From Dehalococcoidia bacterium (lineage in GTDB: Bacteria > Chloroflexota > Dehalococcoidia > UBA6926), in assembly GCA_963666115.2 (NCBI GenBank), contig CAXXET010000007.1, positions 64,001-128,000 of the forward strand: a stretch of 64,000 nucleotides of DNA, given 5' to 3'. Under the pieces are notes generated by a model, which did not search any database, had not been told where the DNA came from, and saw nothing but the letters and a program-made list of their open reading frames with translations. Position 1 is the stretch's first letter. Every line of letters begins with the position of its first letter. This document shows, piece after piece, positions 20,687 to 29,812 of the stretch. The position numbers and the translations under genes were made by a program.

Positions 20687-21034
20687 ATGGTAGAGTCGGC
20701 CCAGCAGGATGACGTGCAATCGGAGGCGTACATTCTGCTGACCGGAGTCGTTGAGCGCGAGGACGATCAATACGTTTCACTCTGCCCGGAACTTGGCGTA
20801 ACCAGTTGCGGCGACACCGTCGAAGACGCCTTTGCGATGCTTGCGGATGCCATAGCCCTCCATTTGGAAGGACTCGTCGAGATCGGCACCCTCGATGATG
20901 TCCTGCGAGAACAGAACATCAGGATCGAGCTGGAGCCCCCACCTTTTGAGTACCGCCCCAGGCTTCCCGTCCCCGAACAAGCAGGGGCGAATGGCCGCAT
21001 ATACCAGTTTTATCGGACACCGCTGCCAGCGTGA
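20687..21034 (+). CDS. HicB-family antitoxin
   Basis: EREDDQYVSLCPELGVTSCGDTVEDAFAMLADAI; SD GAGGAAAGG. Confidence 0.8.
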   Translation: MVESAQQDDVQSEAYILLTGVVEREDDQYVSLCPELGVTSCGDTVEDAFAMLADAIALHLEGLVEIGTLDDVLREQNIRIELEPPPFEYRPRLPVPEQAGANGRIYQFYRTPLPA

Positions 21035-21209
21035 CGACGATGGCGTCAAGTCGGTGGGCGCACCTCTGCACCACCCATCGCGCGATGGCGAGTCCGGGCT
21101 ACACGTGGGTGCGCATCGGACGCCAAAAGGGATTCGAATAGCGACAGACATAGCCTAGTCGTGTCACAATGAAGGTGGCGACGCTAAGGGATAGTGCCGG
21201 GGTGAGAGA

Positions 21210-22985
21210 TTGAAGACGGAGACTATTGGCTTCAAGACGCTAGTCGATCATGCCGCATCGGGTAAGTTCAGGCTTCCTGAGTTTCAACGAGATTGGAAGT
21301 GGACGCGGGCGAAGGTCATGCGCCTTTACGATTCGGTCCGAAAGAACTACCCGATCGGGGCATTCCTGACGCTTGAGGCCTCGAACCGCCTCAATCTGTC
21401 TCCTCGCCTCTTCGAGGGCGTTGCTCAGGAAAAGGATTCAATAGGATCCTATGTGCTCGACGGCCAGCAGCGCATTACCGCTGGTCTAACGCTTTACAGA
21501 GGGCTTGGATCATCACACTATTTCTTGAATCTAGCCTATTTGTGGGAAAGGGCAGTCGAAGTAGCCCCTGATATTGCCGATCCAGACGTCCCCACTCCCG
21601 AGCATTCCAAGGAAGGCTTGCGCGCTCTGGCAGAGGACCTCGACGAGGACGACAAGTACCTCGTTGCGCGACGCCGCTACAACAATCCAATCGACCTTGT
21701 CGACTCGCATCTGCTATGGACTGCCGCACTCGCGGACAACGATCTGTTTGGGGACGCAAAGGAGCGGTATCTGAAGCAACACCCGAATCGTCGCAAGTTT
21801 TTGGAGAGATTCATTGACACATATTTCAAGATTGGGCCTCCGCCTACCGTTCCGCTGACAGAACTCGACGAGGGAATGCCGATCGAGGCGATAACTCGCG
21901 TGTTCGCCACGCTCAACACTTCTGGCCAGCGACTGACTCCTGTTGAGATTGTTGTTGCGGTTCTCTATTCGCATGGAATTCACCTCCGACAAGACATAGA
22001 TGAATTCAAGGAACTATCGGCTTACTATCGGCACATAGACGCCAATGGTGAATTACTCTTGCAAACGGTGGCGCTGCTGGAACGTGAGAATCCCAAGAGG
22101 TCTTTGTTGCCGAAGACGATAACGCAGATCAATTACAGAAAGCGAAAGAATGATGCGATTGACGCGCTAGACAGGGTCGGGGAATTTCTGACGAATCGCC
22201 TTGGGGCCGGACTAGACCACACGGGACAGTTGATTCCATATCCTGCAATTCTCCCTCCACTCGGCATTGCGCTCGCCAAAGTTGAATCCGTCTACAGTGG
22301 TCCCAGCCACGAGAAGGCAAGATGGCATGACCGGCTTGAGCGATGGTTTGTAGGTACGGTCATCAGCCAACGTTATACAGAGGCGCAGCCGACAACGCAG
22401 GCAAGAGATGAACGGGAACTGTCGGAGTGGATTGATTCGAACGGAGCGAACGAGCCTTCCTGGCTGAAGAACGTTCGCGTAGGCTCCTTGGACACGATCA
22501 AGCCCTCCAGCGCAATCGGTAAACTCATTTCGATGCTGATTAGTAGGAGGCAGCCTAAGGATCCCCTGAACAAGGAGCCTGTCGGGGGAACTGGCGCCGC
22601 CATTGTCTCAGCGCATGGTCACCACATCTTTCCCAAGGCTTTCGTGGCTGACTTCCTAGGCAATGGTGGAAGGGCACCTGATTCCGACTTGTCTCTGAAC
22701 GTGATGCCTATCACGGGCGATACGAACCGAAGATGGGCTAAGATGAACCCTTCTGATCAGGTGAAGGACGTTCGGGATAATTGGCCAAACGAGTTGACCG
22801 CCCTATTTGACACCTCATTCATTGATGCTGAGTGCTTGGAACTGATGCAACGACAAGATAAGACTCAGGGCGACTATCTTGAGTTCATCAGCAAGCGGGG
22901 CAAGGTGATACAGAACCACCTCGCATCTGAATGGGATTTCCTGCTCGACTCGGCCCAAATGGAAGATGACGAGGAGGCCGAGTAA
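21210..22985 (+). CDS. DUF262 (GmrS) plus C-terminal HNH-like (GmrD/DUF1524-type) protein; putative modification-dependent restriction nuclease
   Basis: LPEFQRDWKW, VLDGQQR, FATLNTSG, C-terminal HHIFPK...LN...TN; lower GC than flanks. Confidence 0.82.
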   Translation: MKTETIGFKTLVDHAASGKFRLPEFQRDWKWTRAKVMRLYDSVRKNYPIGAFLTLEASNRLNLSPRLFEGVAQEKDSIGSYVLDGQQRITAGLTLYRGLGSSHYFLNLAYLWERAVEVAPDIADPDVPTPEHSKEGLRALAEDLDEDDKYLVARRRYNNPIDLVDSHLLWTAALADNDLFGDAKERYLKQHPNRRKFLERFIDTYFKIGPPPTVPLTELDEGMPIEAITRVFATLNTSGQRLTPVEIVVAVLYSHGIHLRQDIDEFKELSAYYRHIDANGELLLQTVALLERENPKRSLLPKTITQINYRKRKNDAIDALDRVGEFLTNRLGAGLDHTGQLIPYPAILPPLGIALAKVESVYSGPSHEKARWHDRLERWFVGTVISQRYTEAQPTTQARDERELSEWIDSNGANEPSWLKNVRVGSLDTIKPSSAIGKLISMLISRRQPKDPLNKEPVGGTGAAIVSAHGHHIFPKAFVADFLGNGGRAPDSDLSLNVMPITGDTNRRWAKMNPSDQVKDVRDNWPNELTALFDTSFIDAECLELMQRQDKTQGDYLEFISKRGKVIQNHLASEWDFLLDSAQMEDDEEAE

Positions 22986-22994
22986 GCCACTCAG

Positions 22995-23020
22995 CCCAAT
23001 CCCCTACACTGGTCTGGACG
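22995..23020 (+). repeat. Imperfect direct repeat, copy 1 (partner at 24520-24544)
   Basis: CCCAATCCCCTACACTGGTCTGGACG. Confidence 0.6.
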
Positions 23021-23107
23021 CCTACGGAAGCGCCAGAATACAATCGCCGCGCCGGTCATGCCGGTGACGGAGCGGGTAATAAGCTAAGGCGGTTCGCTGG
23101 AGACAAC

Positions 23108-23656
23108 ATGGGAGTGGCACGGGCAAGCATAAGGACAAGGCTGAAGGAGATTCTCGCGACGCGGGATTACCGAGTGCCGTCCGACGGCCAGTTTGACGGG
23201 GCGGAGGCACCTCGGTCGTATCTGCTACACCTCCTGCGCGAACTGAAGGCGTCGCCGCAGGCGCTCCCTGATGCAGGCGCGTGGAAGGTGGTTTTTACGG
23301 ACGGAGCGAGTAAGCCAGTGCTGTTTGACATGGAGCCAGCCCCGGGGGACGTCATTCCGCATGAGGCCGCCTCGCAAGACGACCTGATCAATGAGTTCGC
23401 CCCGAAGGCCGCTTATCTGGTCCTCGTTCGCGGGTCATGGAATGGGCAGGCGCGGCTGGTATCCTATGATTCGGCAGAGTTCCTTTGGGAACCGAGAGTT
23501 ACGCAGCTAACCCAACTTATCGAGGATGGAACCATCGTCGTTGATGCTGGCGCGTCTTCCGGGGATGATGGCAGGACGCGAGACCACAGCACGAAGTTCT
23601 ACATAGGGCCGGATGACCTTCATTCGCTCTACTCCAAGAATGAGGTGGTGCAGTAG
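23108..23656 (+). CDS. MvaI/BcnI-like restriction endonuclease homolog, short and degenerate
   Basis: RLKEI...LPDAGAW...LFDMEP and C-terminal RDHSTKFYI...LHSLY resemble the family; the expected E-x-K is not visible. Confidence 0.55.
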   Translation: MGVARASIRTRLKEILATRDYRVPSDGQFDGAEAPRSYLLHLLRELKASPQALPDAGAWKVVFTDGASKPVLFDMEPAPGDVIPHEAASQDDLINEFAPKAAYLVLVRGSWNGQARLVSYDSAEFLWEPRVTQLTQLIEDGTIVVDAGASSGDDGRTRDHSTKFYIGPDDLHSLYSKNEVVQ

Positions 23657-23730
23657 GCAAATCCCCGCACCGTCAATACCACCGCCCCTCACACCGCCAC
23701 CCGCTCCAGGCGTGGAATACTCAGCGGGGC

Positions 23731-24423
23731 CTACGCGGCGCGGAGTCGGGATTCCCAGTCAAGCGCGGCCTCAACCTGTTTCATCGTTATGCCATAGTCG
23801 TCAGGCATGGATTCCTTTGAGTCGCCCCCTGCGACTGAGCCATAGACGGCGCTTGTCGGCACCCGTGTTCCCGCGATGCACGGAGAGCCAAACTGTATCT
23901 TGGGATTCAATCTGATCTCTTCCTGTGGCTGCCACCATTTCGCGTGCTCGGTTTCATCATCGAATACAAGGCCGTGAAGAGGGATAATGTACTCCCGCAA
24001 CATCTCAAACGCCGCCTGGCCATATCGGCTTGCTGCTATCAAGCGGTCGGCCCATTCGGAATATATGTCACCGGCGCCATGCCACAGAGTTGCCGTGGCG
24101 AACGACTTTAGCGCGCCCGTATAATCTCGCAGCCACTCCTCCCCTTCACGTATGGCGGGCCACGTCACGCCAGCCGCTCGCAGAGCAGCTATGACCCGCA
24201 TCGACACCAGGTCCTCAAAATCGATCAGCACATTTCCCGCCGGAGCGCCTCTCCAACCTGGATCGGCTACGCCGGTTCGAATCCAGCGGCGCACTTTGCC
24301 AGCGTCAATGTTGACGGATTCCGCCCGCGGCATCGTCACAGAGATAATTCCCGCCGCCTCCGGCGCGGTGTAGATACCCGCGAATGGTTCCAACTGCGGC
24401 CGCTCCTTTACCGCCGTTGCCAT
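23731..24423 (-). CDS. HTH plus DUF433 domain protein (antitoxin-like)
   Basis: GIYTAPEAA N-terminal HTH; C-terminal LNPKIQFGSPCIAGTRVPT...DYGITMKQVEAALDW. Confidence 0.8.
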   Translation of the reverse strand: MATAVKERPQLEPFAGIYTAPEAAGIISVTMPRAESVNIDAGKVRRWIRTGVADPGWRGAPAGNVLIDFEDLVSMRVIAALRAAGVTWPAIREGEEWLRDYTGALKSFATATLWHGAGDIYSEWADRLIAASRYGQAAFEMLREYIIPLHGLVFDDETEHAKWWQPQEEIRLNPKIQFGSPCIAGTRVPTSAVYGSVAGGDSKESMPDDYGITMKQVEAALDWESRLRAA

Positions 24424-24519
24424 GGCTCCCTCCACGATCCAAACTCTCAATGCGAGACGTTATTAGCGTAACGCTTTTGCCGCAGGGTGTGTACGCTCCG
24501 CCAATCCACCCACCCCACC

Positions 24520-24544
24520 CCCAATCCCCTATACTGTCTGAACG
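24520..24544 (+). repeat. Imperfect direct repeat, copy 2; contains the TATACT -10-like box upstream of moeB
   Basis: CCCAATCCCCTATACTGTCTGAACG. Confidence 0.6.
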
Positions 24545-24569
24545 GAACATCACAAGGGAGACTCTGAGC

Positions 24570-25445
24570 ATGGCTACCACGACAAGAACGACAACGACTG
24601 CGAACGGGGCGGCGGCGAACGGAATCATTGAAGCCCCCCGCACGCTCACCCCCCAGCAGGTGCAGCGGTTCAGCCGCCACATCATCATGCCGCAGGTCGG
24701 CAGCATCGGGCAGCGCAAGCTGATGGACGCGAGCGTGCTGCTCGTCGGCGCGGGCGGGCTTGGCTCCCCGCTCGCCATGTACCTGGCCGCCGCCGGCGTC
24801 GGCAAGATCGGCATCGTCGATTTCGATGACGTCGACATCACCAACCTGCACCGCCAGCTCCTGCACGGCCATGACGACATCGGCCGCCCCAAGGTCGATT
24901 CCGCCGAGGACACCATCCGCGAGATCAACCCGGACGCGGAGATCGTCAAGATCGCCAGGCACATCAACTCCGAGAACGCCATGGAGATCGCCGAAGAGTT
25001 CGACATCCTCATCGACGGCACGGACAACTTCCCCACGCGCTACCTCATCAATGACCTGGGCGTGCTGATGGACAAGCCCGTCGTCCACGGCTCCATCTTC
25101 ATGTTTGACGGCCAGGTGACCACGTTCCTGCCCGCGCAGGGCTGCTACCGCTGCCTGTACCCCGCGCCGCCGCCCCCCGGCATGGTACCCTCCTGCGCCG
25201 AAGCGGGCGTGCTGGGCGTCCTGCCCGGCATCATCGGCTCCCTCATGGCGACGGAGGCCATCAAGCTGATCCTGGACGTCGGCAAGCCGCTCGTGAACCG
25301 GCTGCTCATGGTCGACGCGCTCGATATGGACATGCGAACCGTCAAGATTCGCAAGGACCCCAACTGCCCCGCCTGCGGCGAGAACCCAACGGTCACGGAG
25401 CTCATCGACTACGAAGCCTTCTGCGGCATGCCCGCGTTCGAGTAG
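24570..25445 (+). CDS. moeB: MoeB/ThiF-family sulfur-carrier adenylyltransferase (no rhodanese domain)
   Basis: RFSRHIIMPQVG, VGAGGLG, TNLHRQ, DGTDNFPTRY, CYRC, SCAEAGVLG, CPAC. Confidence 0.9.
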   Translation: MATTTRTTTTANGAAANGIIEAPRTLTPQQVQRFSRHIIMPQVGSIGQRKLMDASVLLVGAGGLGSPLAMYLAAAGVGKIGIVDFDDVDITNLHRQLLHGHDDIGRPKVDSAEDTIREINPDAEIVKIARHINSENAMEIAEEFDILIDGTDNFPTRYLINDLGVLMDKPVVHGSIFMFDGQVTTFLPAQGCYRCLYPAPPPPGMVPSCAEAGVLGVLPGIIGSLMATEAIKLILDVGKPLVNRLLMVDALDMDMRTVKIRKDPNCPACGENPTVTELIDYEAFCGMPAFE

Positions 25446-25453
25446 GCGCCCCT

Positions 25454-25480
25454 TGTCATCCTGAACACGGAGAGAAGGAC
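25454..25480. repeat. Degenerate GTCATYCTGA-type REP-like element supplying the SD of the Uma2 gene
   Basis: TGTCATCCTGAAC...GAAGGAC immediately before ATG; resembles 31431-31467. Confidence 0.45.
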
Positions 25481-26059
25481 ATGGCCACAACACAGCAGGA
25501 ACTGACTGTCATGGGCACCCGCCCCATCACGGCGGACGAGCTGCTGACGATGCACTCGGAAGGCAAGCGCGGAGAACTGATCCGGGGGGTGTTCTGTCCA
25601 ACTATGCCGACATTTGAGGAGCACGGAGCCATCGTTGCCAAACTCGTGATGCTGTTGGGAACGGTGGTATTGCCCAACAAGCTGGGCCGACTCATGGCGT
25701 CCGATTCCGGCGTGCAGCTTGAATGGGACCCCGATACCGTGCGTGAGCCCGACATCGCTTTCATCACGGAGGAGCGCCGCCCGCAGGGGACAGTCGTCCG
25801 CAGGTACACGGAAATCCCGCCCGACCTCGTCATCGAGGTCGCCTCATCGAGCGATTCAACCAACGCCGTAACAGACAAGGCGCGCATGTGGGTCGGCGCC
25901 GGCGTGCGCCTGGTATGGGTAATCTGGCCGGAAACGCGAATGATCGACGTGCATCGCCCCGGCGAACAGACCACCACCCTGCGTGAAACAGACACGCTAA
26001 CCGGCTCAGACGTCCTCCCCCAATTCACCTGCCTCGTGAAGGACATTTTTGAGGTGTAG
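25481..26059 (+). CDS. Uma2-family (DUF820) endonuclease
   Basis: ELIRG, VREPDIAF, PPDLVIEVAS, GVRLVWVIWP, DVLPQF. Confidence 0.9.
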   Translation: MATTQQELTVMGTRPITADELLTMHSEGKRGELIRGVFCPTMPTFEEHGAIVAKLVMLLGTVVLPNKLGRLMASDSGVQLEWDPDTVREPDIAFITEERRPQGTVVRRYTEIPPDLVIEVASSSDSTNAVTDKARMWVGAGVRLVWVIWPETRMIDVHRPGEQTTTLRETDTLTGSDVLPQFTCLVKDIFEV

Positions 26060-26092
26060 GGGGAGGAGAGCGACGGCAAGAGCCTTGCCCCT

Positions 26093-26125
26093 CCACCTCC
26101 GTCATTCCCGCGAAAGCGGGAATCT
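26093..26125. repeat. CGTC-type REP-like palindrome, identical over 33 nt to 40242-40274
   Basis: CCACCTCCGTCATTCCCGCGAAAGCGGGAATCT. Confidence 0.8.
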
Positions 26126-26184
26126 AGTGCACAGTTCGCCAGCCTCTTGATTGAATGGGCGCAAACACGCTATGATACGAACGT

Positions 26185-28110
26185 ATGCACGATAATTCTA
26201 CAGTTCCAAGAGCGATGCGCGGCGGCGCTCAGGAGAAAAAGCTCATAATGCCTACAGATGACTCATCGGACGCCCCGGCCCAGCTTGATGGGCTAATAGA
26301 CGAGTTCAATGCCCTCGATCTTGATGTCAGTGGAGCAGATACTTACCTTGCGGTATCAGATCTGCTGAGGAGGGAATCCAAGTCAGCCCACGAGCGCGGC
26401 GCGGCGCAACTAGGCCATGCCCTAGGGCTACTTCAAGCTATATGCGACCTCACACATAGCCCTGACAATAGTGCCCAACCCTTTGGCCAGATGGTAGTTC
26501 TGACTGTCGACGAAATCACTGTTCTTGAGGGTTTGCTTGACCATGTACGGGCACCGCTTGTAAAGGGGCGCCTTGCCGACGTCCTGTGGATTCAAAGCCA
26601 ACCGCGTAAGCACGAATTCGCGCTCGCTGCCATTGACGCCTATATTGAAGTGCCGATCACGAGCGATTCTTGGTTCGGACATCAAGGCGACAATTGGCAC
26701 CGGGCCGCGGTTCTGTGTCGCCTTCTGGGACAAGTTGCTGCAGACAGAGAATTACAGTTAGAGCGATCTCTGCTTGACGTCGTCGCGAATGCCAAGACTG
26801 AAGACAAGTATTTGGCTGCTGGCGTCGCCGATGTCTTGGACGCTCAAGGACTCGGTAAGAGTGAGGCGCAGAACATCGCCGCTCAACTGGAGGCATTGGC
26901 ACACCAGTTTGCCGGAGCAAGAGATTTCACTCGCTGCTTTGATTACTATCAGGAAGCGGCGAAATGGTTCGACCGGGCAGGCGAAAATCAAAAAGCCATT
27001 GAAATGACCATCGCGCAGGCAGAATCGTGCGTCATGGATGCCGAGGCCATTCTTGAGTCCGATGACTCTAGCCATATGAACGCAGCTATCTTCGTTGAGA
27101 ACGCGGTACAAATACTCCGGACGGTGCCCAGGGCAAGTAGGACGACATTGGACATTGACAAGAGGATACGTGAGCTTCGATTGCGTCTTGCTCAGTACAA
27201 TCAGGAGGCTGTGAATGAACTGAAGACGGTCAGTTTCGAATCGAATATCACGAAGCTTGTCAACAAGGCCCGAGACGCTGTAAAGGGGCGCTCTTTGCTA
27301 GGCGCTTTGGAGGCATTTGGCAGGCTCAGCCCGTTTCGAGTTCACGACCTGCAACGGCAAGCAAGCGAGATAATTGAAGAGTCTCCTCTACACGTGCTAC
27401 TCCCCCGCATCACCTATAGCGGTGACGGCAGGGTGAGCCATGTGTCTCCTGGGCTAACAATCGGCGATCCTGATAGCCGTGAACAGGCAGTAAAAGATCA
27501 GATGCTGCGTCTATATGGACAGGCATACGTCGCGGGTAGTGTGACGATTAGCATAAGGCCTGCCCTTGAGGTGCTGCATCTCGAACACAGGATTCGAGAG
27601 CAAGATTTTTTTACCTTGACCCGGAAATCTCCCATAGTTCCTATCGGGCGGGAGCGTTTGTTTGCAAAGGCTTTGTGGTCGGGATACTGCGGTGACTACG
27701 CAACAGCAGTCCACCTGCTTACTTCTCAGATGGAGCATCTTGTTCGTTCTCGCTTGAAGTCCGCTCGTGTAGTAACTACACTCCTTGACCCTACTGGGGT
27801 TGGAACAGAGAAGAGTCTTAATGCTCTGATGGATATGCAGGAAACCGAAGACCTGTTCGAGCCAGATTTGGCTTTCGAGATTCGAGCCATATTCTGTGAA
27901 TCGTTGGGCGGAAACCTGCGCAACGACGTCGCTCATGGACTTCTTGACGACCAGGAGAGCCAGGGTTACTGGTCTGTTTACGCATGGTGGCTAGTCTTGA
28001 AGCTGGTCTTCGGAAGCTACAGGGATGCCCTTATAGCAAGCCGGCAAGCAGCCGATTTAGAGGCTGAATCGGCTAACGCTGACGACGCACCCTCGTCAGA
28101 CGGAAAGTAG
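26185..28110 (+). CDS. DUF4209-like protein with C-terminal HEPN motif (alternative start 26248)
   Basis: AVHLLTSQMEHLVR...GGNLRNDVAHG (R-x4-H); helical N-terminus; lower GC. Confidence 0.75.
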   Translation: MHDNSTVPRAMRGGAQEKKLIMPTDDSSDAPAQLDGLIDEFNALDLDVSGADTYLAVSDLLRRESKSAHERGAAQLGHALGLLQAICDLTHSPDNSAQPFGQMVVLTVDEITVLEGLLDHVRAPLVKGRLADVLWIQSQPRKHEFALAAIDAYIEVPITSDSWFGHQGDNWHRAAVLCRLLGQVAADRELQLERSLLDVVANAKTEDKYLAAGVADVLDAQGLGKSEAQNIAAQLEALAHQFAGARDFTRCFDYYQEAAKWFDRAGENQKAIEMTIAQAESCVMDAEAILESDDSSHMNAAIFVENAVQILRTVPRASRTTLDIDKRIRELRLRLAQYNQEAVNELKTVSFESNITKLVNKARDAVKGRSLLGALEAFGRLSPFRVHDLQRQASEIIEESPLHVLLPRITYSGDGRVSHVSPGLTIGDPDSREQAVKDQMLRLYGQAYVAGSVTISIRPALEVLHLEHRIREQDFFTLTRKSPIVPIGRERLFAKALWSGYCGDYATAVHLLTSQMEHLVRSRLKSARVVTTLLDPTGVGTEKSLNALMDMQETEDLFEPDLAFEIRAIFCESLGGNLRNDVAHGLLDDQESQGYWSVYAWWLVLKLVFGSYRDALIASRQAADLEAESANADDAPSSDGK

Positions 28111-28188
28111 GCTGTAGGCATCAACTACACTCCTAGTCGGCACCGTGTCCATCTCGACTGTATCGCAAGCCACCCTCGCTCTGCTAAA

Positions 28189-29478
28189 GTGTGGTACCGT
28201 CTTCATGATCAGGATTTCGATATGTGGCATGTAATCACAGAAGAGGATATCAAGTGCACAGAGTGCCCCCACACCATCCCACGTGGGGCGCTGTGCTTGT
28301 CACAGATGCCTCCCTTAATGCCAGATGACTTCAAGCGCAAGAAGTACGAGAATTTCTGCATCGACTGCACTGAATGCGATGCTGGCAAGCCTAGCTGCTA
28401 CGCTCGCCGGCTGAATCACTGGCACACCAGGGATGTGACCAGAGAGTCCCTCGCTTGTGCTCATTGTGGGCTGACGATACCACGATGGACATGGACAGCT
28501 TCTCAGAAAATCTACGCTTGGCCTCAACCCGAAATGGACTCTGACTCGGATCACGGTTCAGACCATTTCTACGGCGCAGCACCCGGAGTATCGACCGGGG
28601 CATCCCTTAGACCGCAACCTGCTGACTGGCATAATCTCAGCCCCGAGATGCAGCGACGATTCCAGAGAGGAGGGTTGGGTCGTGGCCTCGGCATTCGTTC
28701 TCGAAAGATGGCGCAGCGACTGTACGAGAAAGAGGTTCCTGCCCCTGTGCGAAACATGGGAGAGGCTGCCGTCAAGGATTTTCTGGACGGAAAGGATTTC
28801 AGCCACATTAGGTCAGTAGCCAATGATCCCTCAATGGCCAAGGCGCCGAGCAACGTAATCCTAGAAGATGCGGGGAAAAACAGAGCGCGAGGCAGTGCAA
28901 ATATGCCAAAGGCCGATCGTGCCGCCGCGAATCAAGCGAGACGTCCATCCGGGTTCAGAGCGGGAGGCAAGGCGGCGCTCAAGGGAGGTAGCAAGGCGGG
29001 AATCATTTCGGCAGCGCTAGAGGCTGTTGTATCGATTCCTGAGAATATCCTCCACTACAGGCGTGGCAGAAAATCTCGCCAACAAGCTGCCAAGGACGCG
29101 GGATTTGATACGGCCAAGGCGGGCGCCTTTGGGGTTGGGGTATGGGGGCTTTCAACAGGTGCACAAGCGATTGGAGTTGGGATACCACTCGGCCCTTTCG
29201 GGGTTCCACTTCAAATCGCTGGAGTCACTCTGATCGCTGGGACGGCCGCCTACCGCATTCACAAGGCATGGCAACACGACCTGCCATTGGACGAGTACAG
29301 GATATTCTTCTGCAAGGACACAGATTGCAAGGATCAGTTTGCCGAGAACCTCAGCAGAATCCCTGAGGAAAGCGCCGATCCGAAATTCCCGTGGCTCACG
29401 AAGGCAGTGACCATAGGTTTGGCTGCGGTCACTGTGCTAGCCATCAGCGGGCTCGTAGCTTGGAGCCTGCTGACATAG
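28189..29478 (+). CDS. Hypothetical protein: Cys-rich Zn-finger repeats, HNH/His-Me-finger-like segment, glycine-rich hydrophobic region and C-terminal TM helix
   Basis: CTECPHTIP / CIDCTEC / CAHCGLTIP; KDFSHIRSVANDPSMAKAPSNVILEDAGKNRARG; AVTIGLAAVTVLAISGLVAWSLL. Confidence 0.65.
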   Translation: MWYRLHDQDFDMWHVITEEDIKCTECPHTIPRGALCLSQMPPLMPDDFKRKKYENFCIDCTECDAGKPSCYARRLNHWHTRDVTRESLACAHCGLTIPRWTWTASQKIYAWPQPEMDSDSDHGSDHFYGAAPGVSTGASLRPQPADWHNLSPEMQRRFQRGGLGRGLGIRSRKMAQRLYEKEVPAPVRNMGEAAVKDFLDGKDFSHIRSVANDPSMAKAPSNVILEDAGKNRARGSANMPKADRAAANQARRPSGFRAGGKAALKGGSKAGIISAALEAVVSIPENILHYRRGRKSRQQAAKDAGFDTAKAGAFGVGVWGLSTGAQAIGVGIPLGPFGVPLQIAGVTLIAGTAAYRIHKAWQHDLPLDEYRIFFCKDTDCKDQFAENLSRIPEESADPKFPWLTKAVTIGLAAVTVLAISGLVAWSLLT

Positions 29479-29514
29479 GTGCTTAGTTTGTTGCCCTGGT
29501 TAGCGTAACTATCC

Positions 29515-29546
29515 CGTCACATTGCCCCCGCCTGCGCGGGGGATTC
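29515..29546. repeat. Variant CGTC-tagged palindrome at the right edge of the low-GC insert
   Basis: CGTCACATTG-CCCCCGC-CTGC-GCGGGGG-ATTC. Confidence 0.5.
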
Positions 29547-29566
29547 GGAAGCGTAAATCGGTAGCT

Positions 29567-29812
29567 CTAGCTGTCCCACGATGCCTTTTCTTCCGCCAAA
29601 TAGGCGTCCACCTCTTCGGCTGACTGGAACAGGCGGCGCTCAGGGCCGCTGTTGAGAATCTCCATGATTGAGCGGCCTGCGGGCTTCGACTCCGGCTCGG
29701 ATTCGTGCCGCACGACAATTTCGACCGTCTGGCCGACCGGCAGCTCCGCGTCCGCCACCTCGATCCTGCCGCCCGGCAGGACTTCCGCCTTTAGGTGTAC
29801 TTCTCGCAGCAT
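29567..29812 (-). CDS. Small AbrB/VapB-like putative antitoxin
   Basis: EVLPGGRIEVADAELPVGQTVEIVV...FQSAEEVDAYLAEEKASW. Confidence 0.6.
   Translation of the reverse strand: MLREVHLKAEVLPGGRIEVADAELPVGQTVEIVVRHESEPESKPAGRSIMEILNSGPERRLFQSAEEVDAYLAEEKASWDS

Noticed and set aside
24570-25445. MoeB (E1-like) inside the defence-like zone as part of a CBASS/Bil-type ubiquitin-like defence system
   Set aside because: Host-like GC and codons, canonical MoeB motifs, no E2, JAB or cyclase nearby; better explained with cysM and the CysO-like gene
20392-28112. Recurrent GTAGGC at gene ends as a cassette recombination site
   Set aside because: Explained by frequent TAG stops preceded by G-ending codons in a GC-rich genome; no further shared sequence
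29479-29546. Integron attC site after the HNH-like gene
   Set aside because: No RYYYAAC/GTTRRRY pair enclosing a proper stem, and no integron integrase in the window
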